Assembly (NCBI GenBank): GCA_030390025.1
Contig: JASTWF010000331.1
Span: forward strand, 62,001 to 126,000
Reading direction: 5' to 3'
DNA: 64,000 nt
Origin: Squalus acanthias
Taxonomy: Eukaryota
Below the pieces are notes generated by a model. It was not told where the DNA came from. It saw only the letters and a program-made list of their open reading frames with translations, and ran no database searches. The position numbers and the translations under genes are program-made. This document shows positions 14,341 through 25,586 of the stretch, piece after piece; position 1 is the stretch's first letter, and every line of letters begins with the position of its first letter.

Positions 14341-14955
14341 AGATTTGCTGCAGTCTCAGTCATTTGATTTTGCTCAAATACTGAGGCCTGGAATTGAGAA
14401 GTGGCGAGTGACGTAGTCGGGGGCGGAGCTTCGAACGGGAAACCCGGAAGTCCAGGTTCCCGCCAGCTGTGGAGATTCAACACGTGGTGTCTTTGTATGG
14501 GATTATCTGTGGGCGGAGATTGTGAGCCGGGGGAATGCACTCCTGCTACTCCTGGCCCACAAGCAGTGCCGTGATGTCACTTACCTTCTCTCCAAAACGT
14601 TCTTGCTGGCCCTTCAGTTGCCGCGATTCAAGAGGCCTGGGAACACTGCCGGTCACATTTAATCCTGTAATACAGGTTCAACCAGAGACTGACAGCTTCC
14701 TAAAAATATTTACATTGCCAGCCCCTCTTGGGAGCGGTCGGATGCTGACCCACTGTCCAGCCTCGGTTGAACAGGGAAGCGAGCGGTTTGGAGGCTTGTT
14801 CATGACTGAATTGAGAATTTTCTAAATTTTAACCTCAGACCCGACCTCAACCCACCCATTTATGCTGCTGAAATCCAGCCCTTACTGTCTGGGCTCAGAC
14901 CCGGAGAATGTTTGATCAGTAATTTCCAGTCTCTTTTCCCTTTTCTATTTTACAG

Positions 14956-15967
14956 TGAATTTGCTGGCGATTGTGATCCTGTCCCGGGGAAAGTGCGGGC
15001 TCTCCACCTGCACCACTCGCTACCTGGTGGGCATGGCAACGGCGGATCTCCTGGTCATTGTCACCGAGATCATACTAAACAAGATCTATTGTTATTATTT
15101 CCCAGTTTCCATTCTGGACATCACCCCTGTGTGCCGTGTTATCATTGTCCTGTACTGTGCAGCCACAGACTGTTCTGTCTGGTTCACCGTCACTTTCAGC
15201 TTCGATCGATTTGTGGCCATTTGTTGCCAGAAGCTGAAAACAAATTATTGCACCGGGAAAACTGCGGCTGTGGTTCTGGCAACAACCGGCATTCTGCTCT
15301 GTTTAAGAAACGCTCCCTTCTACTTTACATATGAACCTGGAGCGATAATCTACAATGTGCCGTGGTTCTGTGATACAATCCCGAGCTACTTTACTGAGCC
15401 CGGGTGGGTGGGATTTACCTGGTTTGATAAGTTTTTAATCCCCATTGCTCCCATTCGCTTTATTTTTTTTGCTCAACGCTCTGACAGTCAGACACATTTT
15501 AGTGGCCACTCGAGTCCGTAAGGGACTGAGGGGTGAGAGCAAGGGAGAAAATCGCAGAGACCCAGAGATGGAGAGCAGAAGGAAGTCTGTGATGTTACTC
15601 TTCACCATATCCGACAGCTTCATACTTCTGTGGTTGTCATATGTTATAAATTTATTTTATTATACATTACAGGAACAAATCCGGAATATTGTAATAATTC
15701 TTTATGGATCTTAGATCAAGTCGGAATTATGCTGGTGAATTTAAGTTGCTGCACAAACACATTTATTTATGGGTTACCCAGTTCAAGTTCACAGAGCAGT
15801 TGAAGAGCGCGGTGAAATATCCGGTTACCTCAATTATTCAATTAATTAAGAATCAGAAATACTCAGCGCAGCCCAGAGGCGGGTCCCAATGTTTCCAGTC
15901 CATGAATTTAATAATTAGCGCCAGACTTCCAACAACTGAATTACACCAGGAATTGCTGGTGATCTGA
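14956..15967 (+). pseudogene. GPR139-like class A GPCR exon 2 with three frameshifts
   Basis: Acceptor ttttctattttacag. Motifs: TM2 ATADLL, TM3 SFDRFVAIC, TM5 LPFALFFLLN, TM7 SCCTNTFIY. The frame is split across ORFs 14955, 15445 and 15704 by indels at ~15441, ~15664 and ~15772. Confidence 0.85.
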
Positions 15968-16209
15968 AAATACAACCAGCGTTGGGGCAAACACTGTCTT
16001 TCGAACACAGCGCTATTTCTGATTGACAGTTCCGGCATTGTCTTTCAGGACAGGACACGAGCTTTTTGCATTCCGTCTGAGCTCTTCTGTAAAGAGTCAG
16101 TTCAGCTATTTAGTGCAGCAATTCATTTGCAGCTTCCAGAGTAGCAGCTTCGTCATTAGATACGCAGACAGAGCTGAGCTGTAGTTTAGAGTATTACATT
16201 AAAATGAAT

Positions 16210-17120
16210 ATACAGTATAGAAACAGGCCATTCGGCCCTACTCGTCTGTGCTGGTGTTTATGCTCCACACCAGTCTCCTTCCATTGCAACTATCTCATCT
16301 CAGCCTCTCTGCATTTCTTTCTATTCCCTTTTCCTTCATGTACTGAAAGGAGGGAGACAGAAAGCAGGAAACGATAAGACATTTAGCCTAACATTTCTCA
16401 TTGGGAAAATGCTGGAATCCATTATTAAGGAAGTAATAGCAGGACATTTGAAAATCATAATACAATCAAGCAGAGTCAACATAGTTTTATGAAAGGGAAA
16501 TCGTGTTTGACAAATTTACTAGAGTTCTTTGAGGATGAAACGAGCAGAGTGGATAAAGGGGAACCAATAGGTGCGCTGTATTTGGATAAAGGGGAACCAA
16601 TAGGTGTGGTGTATTTGGATAAAGGGGAACCAATAGGTGTGGTGTAATTGGATAAAGGGGAACCAATGGGTGTGATGTAATTGGATAAAGGGGAACCAAT
16701 GGGTGTGGTTTATTTGGATAAAGGGGAACCAATAGGTGTGGTGTATTTGGATAAAGGGGAACCAATAGGTGTGGTGTATTTGGATAAAGGGGAACCAATG
16801 GGTGTGGTGTATTTGGATAAAGGGGAACCAATAGGTGTGCTGTATTTGGATAAAGGGAAACCAATAGGTGTGCTGTATTTGGATAAAGGGGAACCAATAG
16901 GGGTAGTGTGTTCGGATGAAGGGGAACCAATGGGTGTGGTGTATTTGAAAAGATGGTGGAGGCAGATTCAATCGTGGCTTTCAAAAGGGAATTGGATAAG
17001 TACGTAAAGGAAAAATTCTCAGAGCTATGGGGACAGGGAAGGGGAGTGGGTCTAGTTGAAGTTCTCTTGCAGAGAGCTGGCACGGGCCCGCCGGGCCGAA
17101 TGGCCTCCTTCTATGCAGTA
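16210..17120. mobile_element. CR1 fragments (tail on -, RT fragment and tail on +)
   Basis: GKSCLTNLLEFFED segment and ADSIVAFKRELDKY tail. Confidence 0.8.
16550..16945 (+). repeat. 33-bp minisatellite (~12 copies) inside a CR1 fragment
   Basis: Unit GGATAAAGGGGAACCAATAGGTGTGGTGTATTT encodes DKGEPxxVVYL, a CR1 RT segment. Confidence 0.93.
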
Positions 17121-17149
17121 AATTTATATAATTTTATTATTGTCCTTGA

Positions 17150-17330
17150 CGATGAAATAGCACTTTACAATGGAATAGATATTTTCAATATAACAGTAAT
17201 TTGCTATTGAATAGCACTTTGCAACATAATAGTCCTTTGCCATGAAACAGCACCTTGCAATGGAATAGTTCTTTACAATGGAATAGCCCTTTACAATGGA
17301 ATAGCACTTTGCAATATAATTGCGCTTTGC
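17150..17330. repeat. Short degenerate tandem repeat (~18 bp)
   Basis: Recurrent GCAATGGAATAGCACTTT-like units. Confidence 0.6.
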
Positions 17331-17589
17331 AGTGGACTGTGATTTAAATGGTCGCCACTTGTGTTTACGGATGGGGTCCCGCCCCGCTGCTTTGTGCCAT
17401 TGTCTGGAGCCGCTCACAGGCTGTGCTGCTGCTCACACATACCCAGGCAGGCAGCACATGGTGCAGGGAGGAAGGAAGGAAGGAATGGCGGCTGAAACTC
17501 GCCAGCTTGGCTCCTGTTGTGAGTGAGCGAAAGTGGAGCTCAGGACCAATAGGGGCTGGGGGATTGGAGGGAGTGAAATGCCTGTAGGG

Positions 17590-20500
17590 GGTGATTGACG
17601 CCCCAAGAGATGGGCATGGAGGGAGGGTGAAAAGAAGCCAATTAAATCAAGAATAAATATTATTATTATTATTATTATTAATAATAATAATAACATATGC
17701 TCTTTACTTCTGTAAATGAAATGTCTGCATTCTGTGATTTGAGTGGAGTGGAATAAAATGAATGGGAAGATCTCTCAGCAGCTTTTGCTCTGAAAACACT
17801 CCACAAACATTCCCCAATAGAACCCAGTCCAGAAAAACATCAAATGGATTATTCTGAAAATAATAATAAAATAAATATAAAATAATATATACTTTGTATT
17901 TACAAAAGAATTGTCTTATCTTAGTTGGGTTGGGAATTAAAGGGAGAGTAAGGTCCCACAGCAGGATATGCTCTGACACTTCCCACAAACATTCCCCAAT
18001 AAAGTCTAGTGCAGAAAAAAATCAAATGGCTTGATGTATATATGTAGCTTTGATTTTACAAGTCTTGAAAGAAAGGCAAAGTAAGATCACACAGCAGTGC
18101 GGTCTGGAATTAAATCAGCATGATCTAATGGAGTAAACTTTCTGTTTTTTTCAGACATGAGCTGCAGTACCAATGAACACGGCAGATAACTTGAACACAG
18201 ACAAGCCCTGAATACACACCAGATTTTGCTGTTCTCTCTCTCTCACACACTCACACACACACACACACAGGCCAGCCTGCAAAATTGCCACAAATCACTG
18301 TCAGCAATGAAAGAAAGTTGATTTCTATCATTACTCTGCTCTGTTTGGCAGTTTAAAAGCAAACAGAGAGTTTTCAGTATTTTATCTTTTCAGTTTGTGG
18401 CCTGCAGAAACAGGCTTTCTATTCTGCATTAAAAGCAAATGCTGTGGATGTGGGAAATCTGCAAAAAATCCAGAAAATGTTGGAAATACTCAGCAGGTAA
18501 GGCAGCATTGGTGGAGAGAGAGAGAGACAGAGTTAATGTTTCAGCTCGATTACCTTTTGTCAGATTCTGGCAAGGTTCTGAGAAAAGGTCATCGAGCAGA
18601 AACATTTACTCTGTTTCTCTGTAGCTCCACTGATGCTGCTTAACATACTGACTATTTCCATCATTTTCTATTTTTCTTGCTATTCTGCATGTTGCCTTGA
18701 TTTCATGTGTCTCTCTCACTGCCTGCCAGCCTGCTTGCCTTGCCTTGATTTGGGTAGAGTGGAATAAAAAAAATGCAGGAAGCCCAGAGACAGACAGTCC
18801 AAAAATACATTTTTCATTATCTCACTGTCTGTCTTGAAGTGAAGTGAAATGAAATAAAGTGCAATAAAGTGATACACAACAGCATTACATGTGGACCAGG
18901 CGAGAATGAAATCAATAGGGTTTAATACAACAACAGCAGGTAATAAGACAGCAGACCACATCTCACACAAACACCAGCTTTTGCCCTCTCTCTCTCTCTC
19001 ACACACACACTCACAGCCTGGCCAGCCTGCAGAGGGATGACTGCCATGTTGGAAGATTAAAACCAAAAAGACACTTTTCAGTATCTTATCTTTTCACTTT
19101 GCAGACTACAGAAACAGGCTTTCTATTCTGCTACTTGTCTGTTGATTTCATGTCTCTCTCCCTCACTGACTGTCTGTCTGTCTCTCACTCACACAGTCTT
19201 AATCCCACCCCTCTTGAACTAAAATCTACAGTAACATGACATACACACTCAAACAGTCTCGGAAATTTGCAGAATCACATACACCCACACACATACAGAC
19301 ACACTCACACAGACTCTGCAATTTGTAGAAACTAACACACATACATTTATTTTGAAAGATTTGCAGCCTGGGAGTGTCAATTTCTGATGATGTCCCTTCC
19401 TGGTTGTCCGGCCATGTTTGATGAGGACCATCAAACAGGAAGAAGTGAACCGAGGCCCCAGAAATCCAGTTCCCCGAGAGGAAATGAAAGCCCGGGAGGG
19501 TGAAAAGAAGTAAATACAATCAGGAATAAATAATAATATATATACTTTACTTCGGTAATTAAATGTCTGCCTGTCTGTGGTTTGCCAGGAGTGTAAAAAA
19601 ATAAATGGAAAGATCCCACAGCAGTTTTTGCTCCGAAAACATCCCAAGCACATTCCCCAATAACGCCCAGTCCAGAAAAAAATTAAATGGATTATTCTGA
19701 AAATAATTTAAAAAATATAACATAGATATATTTTTTTAAAAGGTCTCGTCTTGTTTGGGTTGGGCTGAAGGTGTGAGTAAGATCCCACAACAGGAAATGC
19801 CATGAAACACTCCACAAACATTCCCGTATAAAGTCAAGACCAGAAAAATATCAAATGGCTTGATGTATATATGTAGATTTGCTTTTTACAAAATTCTTGA
19901 AAGAAATGCAAAGTAAGATCCCACCAGTGCAGTCTGGAATGAAATCAGCATGATCTAATGGAAAATACATTCTGTTTTTTTCAGACATGTGATGCAATAC
20001 CAATGCACATGGCAGGTAACTTGAACACATACAAGCCCTGCATACACAGCTTTTGCTGTCTTCTCTCTCTCTCTCTCACAAACACACACACACACACACA
20101 CACAGGTCAGCCTGCAAATATGCCACAAATCACTGTCAGCAATCAAACAAAGTTGATTTCTATCATTGTTCTGCTCTGTTTGGCAGTTTAAAAGCAAACA
20201 GACAGTTTTCAGTATTTTATCTTTTCAGTTTGCGGCCTACAGAAACAGGCTTTCTATTCTGCATCAGAAGCAAATGCTGTGGATGTGGGGATTCTGCAAT
20301 AAAATCAGGAAGTTTTGGAAATACTCAGCAGGTAAGGCAGCCTCTGTGGAGAGAGAGAGAAACAGAGCTAATGTTGTAGCTCGATTACATTTTGTCAGAT
20401 TCTGGCAAGGTTCTGATTATTTTCAGAATTTTGTTTTATTTCTATTCTGCATGTTGTCTTGATTTCATGTGTCTCTCTCCGTGCCTGCCAGCCTGCCTGC

Positions 20501-22658
20501 CTTGTCTTGATTTGAGTAGTGTGGAATAAAAAGAATGCAAAGATCCCAGAGCAGCTTTTATTGTCAGACAGTCGACAAAGACACTTTTCAGTATCTCACT
20601 GACTGGCTGTCTTTCCTGAAGTGATGTGAAATGAAATAAAGTGCAATGAAGTGATGCACAACAGCATTACATGTGGACCAGGTAAGAATGAAATCAATAG
20701 GGTTTAATACAACAACAGCAGATAATTAGACAGCAGACCACATCTCACACAAACACCAGCTTTTGCCCTCTCTCTCTCTCACACACATACTCACAGCCTG
20801 ACCAGCCTGCAGAGTGATGACTGCCATGTTGGAAAATTAAAACCAAAAATACACTTTTCTGTATCTTATCTTTTCACTTTGTGGCCTAGAGAAACAGGCT
20901 TTCTATTCTCCTACTTGCCTTTTGATTTCATGCCTCACTCTCTCACTGGCTATCTGTCTGTCTGCCACTCACACACTCCCCCTCCAATTCAGAGTGAACT
21001 AAAACTTACAGTGACATGACACACAGACACACACAGAATCTGCAATTTGTAGAAACATAGACACCCATACACATACAGAAACATACACACAGACTCTGCA
21101 ATTTGTAGAAACATAGACACCCACTCACATACAGACTCACTCACAGTCTCTGCAATTTGCCTGGACTCACCCTCACACACACAACCATTTTGAAAGATGT
21201 GGAGCCTGGTAATGTAAATTTTTGATGATGTCCCTTCCTCGCTCTGCGTTCATGTTTGACGAGGACAATCAAACAGGGAGAAGTGAAGCCGAGGCCCAAG
21301 AAATCCAGGTCCCCGAGAGGAAATGAAAGCCCGGGAGGGTGAAAATAAGTAAATACAATCAGGAATAAATAATAATATATCTACTTTACTTCTGTTAATT
21401 AAATGTCTGCCTGTCTGTGGTTTGCCTGGAGTGTAATAACATGAATGGAAAGATCGCAAAGCAAGTTTTGCTCTGAAAAAATCCCAAGCACACTCCCCAA
21501 TAAAGACCAGTCCAGAAAAAATCAAATGGATTATTCTGAAAATAATTTAAAAAATATAATATACTTTTCTTAAATTTCTTGTCTTGTTTGAGTTGGGCTG
21601 AAGGGGAGAGTAAGATCCCACAGCAGGATGTGCCATGAAACATTCCACAAACATTCCCCTATAAAGTCCAGTCCAGAAAAATATCAAATGGCTTGATGTA
21701 TATATGTCGATTTGCTTTTTACAAAATTCCTGAATGAAAGGCAAAGTAAGATCCCCAAACAGTGCGGTCTGGAATTAAAACAATATGATCAAATGGAGTA
21801 AACTTTGTTTTTTTCAGACATGAGATGCCATACCAATGCACATGGCAGATAACTTGAACACAGGCAAGCCCTGCATACACACCAGCTTTAGCTGTCGGTC
21901 TCTCTCTCTGTCACACGCTCAGACACACACAGGCCAGCCTGCAAAATTGCCACAAATCACTGTCTGCAAAGTTGATTTCTATCATTACTCTGCTCTCTTT
22001 GGCAGTTAAAAAGCAAACAGACAGTTTTCAGTATTTTATCTTTTCAGTTTGCAGCCTACAGAAACAGGCTTTCTATTCTGCATCAAAAGCAAATGCTGTG
22101 GATGTAGGAAATCTGAAATAAAAACAGAAATGCTGGAAATACTCAGCAGGTAAGGCAGCATCTGTGGAGACAGAGAGAAACAGTGTTAATGTTTCAGCTC
22201 AATTACCTTTTGTCAGATTCTGGCAAGGTTCTGACGAAAGATCATCGAGCTGAAACCTTTAATCTGTTTATCTGTATCTCCACTGATGCTGCCTAAACTG
22301 CTGAGAATTTCCAGCATTTTCTGATTTCATTTCTATTCTGCATGTTGTCTTGATTTCATGTGTCTCTCTCACTGCCAGCCAGCCTGCCTGCCTTGTCTTG
22401 AAATGAGTAAAGTGGAATAAAAAGAATGCAAAGATCTCAGAGCAGCTTTTATTGTCAGACAGTCCACAAAGATATTTTTCAATATCTCACTGACTGACTG
22501 TCTGTCTTGAAGGGAAGTGAAATGAAATAAATTACGATAAAGTGATAGACAACAGCATTACATGTAGACCAGGCCAGAATGAAATCAATAGGGTTTAATA
22601 CAACAACAGCAGGTAATAAGACAGCAGATCACATCTCGCACAAACACCAGCTTTTGCC

Positions 22659-22691
<33 letters not shown>

Positions 22692-25545
22692 TCACAGCCT
22701 GGCCAGCCTGCAGAGGGATGACTGCCGTGTTGGAAGATTAAAACCAAAAAGACACTTTTCAGTATCGTATCTTTTTACTTTGTGGCCTACAGAAACAGGC
22801 TTTCTATTCTGCTACTTGCCTTTTGATTTCACGTCTCTCTCACCCTCACTGACTGTCTGTCTGTCTGCCACTCACACAGTCTCCCTCCCAACCACATTGA
22901 ACAAAAATTTACAGTAACATGACACACACACTCACACAGACTCTGCAATTTTCAGACACACAGACACCCACTCACACACACACATTCAGACAGACTCTGC
23001 AAATTGCAGAAACTCACACACACACATTTATTTTGGAAGATGTGCAGCCTGGCATGTCAGATTTTGATGATGTCCCTTCCTGGCTGTGCGGCCATGTTTG
23101 ATGAGATCAGTCAAAAAGGAAGATGTGAAGCCGAGGCCCAAGAAATCTGGGTCCCTGAGTGGAAATGAAAGCCCGGGAGGGTGCAAAAAAGTAAATACAA
23201 TCAGGAATAAATAATAATATATATACTTTACTTCTGTTAATTAAATGTCTGCCTGTCAATGGTTTGTCTGGAGTGTAATAAAATGAATGGAAAGATCGCA
23301 AAGCAGCTTTTGCTCTGAAAACATCACAAGCACATTCCCCAATAAAGCCCAGTCCAGAAAAAATCAAATGGATTACACTGAAAATAATTTAAAAAAATGT
23401 AATACATACTTTTTTTTTTACAAATATCTTGTTTGGGTTGGGCTGAAGGTGAGAGTAAGATCCCACTACAGGAAATGCCATGACACACTCCACAAACATT
23501 CCCTATAAATTCCAGTCCAGTAAAATATCAAATGGCTTGATGTATATATGTAGATTTGCTTTTTACAATATTCTTGAAAGAAAGGCAAAGTAAGATCCCA
23601 CAGCAGTGAAGTCTGGAATGAAATCAGTATGATCTAATGGTATATACTTTCAGTTTTTTTCAGACATGAGATGCAATACCAATGCACATGGCAGATAACT
23701 TGAACACAGACAAGCCCGGAATACACAGCTTTTGCTGTCTGTCTCTCTCTCTCACAACGAACAGAAACACACACACACACAGCCAGCCTGCAAAATTGCC
23801 ACAAATCACTGTCAGCAATGAAAGAAAGTTCATTTATATCATTGCTCTGCTCTGTTTGGCAGTTTAAAAGCAAACAGACAGTTTTCAGTATTTTATCTTT
23901 TCAATTTGCGGCCTACAGAATCAGGCTTTCTGTTCTGCATCAAAAGCAAATGCTGTGGATGTAGGAAATCTGCAAAAAAATCAGAAAATGCTGGAAATAC
24001 TGAGCGAGTAAGGCAGCATCTGTGGAGAGAGAGAGATAAACAGAGTTAATGTTTCGGCTCGATATCTTTTGTCAGATTCTGGCAAGGTTCTGACAAAAGG
24101 TCATCGAGCTGAAACATTTACTCTGTTTCTCTGTATCTCCACTGATGCTGCCTAACATACTGAGTATTTCCTGCATTTTCTTTATTTATTTCTATTCTGC
24201 ATGTTGTCTTGATTTCATGTGTCTCTCTCACTGCCTGCCAGCCCTTTTCTTGATTTGAGTAGAGTGGAATAAACAGAATGGAAAGATCCCAGAGCAGCTT
24301 TTATTGTCAGACAGTCCACAAAGACATTTTTCAATATCTCACCGGCTGACTGTCTGACTTGAGGTGAAGTGAAATGAAATAAAGTGCAATAAAGTGATAC
24401 ACAACAGCAATACATGTGGACCAGAATGAAATCAATAGGGTTTAATACAACAACAGCAGGTAATAAGACAGCAAACCATATCTCACACAAACACCAGCTT
24501 TTGCCCTCTCTCTCTCTCACACACACACACTCACAGCCTAGCCAGCCTGCAGAGGGATGACTGCCGTGTTGGAAGATTAAAACCAAAAAGACACTTTTCA
24601 GTATCTTATCCTTTCACTTTGTGACCTACAGAAACAGGCTTTCTAATCTGCTAATTACCTTCTGATTTCATGTCTCTCTCGCTCTCACTGTCTGCCTGTC
24701 TGTCTGCCATTCACACAGTCTCCCTCCCACCCACATTGAACTAAAATTGACAGTAACATGACACACACATTCAGGCAGACTCTGCAATTTGCAGAAACTC
24801 ACACACACACATTTATTTTGAAAGATGTGGAGCCTGGGAGAGTCAATTTTTGATGATGTCCCTTTCTGGCAGTGCGTCCATGTTTGACGAGGACAATCAA
24901 ACAGGAAGAAGTGAAGCCGAGGCCCCAGAAATCCGGGTCCACGAGAGGAAACGAAAGCCCGGGAGGTAGAAAAGAAGTAAATACAATCAGGAATAAATAA
25001 TAATATATATACTTTACTTCTGTTAATTAAATGTCTGCCTGTCTGTGGTTTGCCTGGAGTGTAATAAAATGAATGGAAAGATCGCACAGCAGCTCATGCT
25101 GTGAAAACATCCCAAGCACATTCCCCAATAATGCCCCGTTCAGATAAAAATCAAATGGATTATTCAGAAAAATCATTAATAAAATATAGTATATACTTTT
25201 TCTTTAACAAATTTCTTGTCCTGTTTCAGTTAGGCAGAAGGGGAGAGTAAGATCCCACAGCAGGATGTGCTATGAAACACTCCACAAACATTCCCCAATA
25301 AAGTCCAGTCCAGTAAAATATCAAATGGCTTGATTTATAAATGCAGATTTTCTTTTTACAAAATTATTGTAAGAAAGGCAAAGTAAGATCCCACAACAGC
25401 GCTGTCTGGAATTAAATCAGTATGATCTAATGGTGTATACTTTCTGTTGTTTTCAGACATGAGCTGCAGTAACAATGAACACTGCAGATAATTTGAACAC
25501 AGACAAGCCCTGCATACACACCAGCTTTTGCTGTCTGTCTCTCTC

Positions 25546-25586
<41 letters not shown>

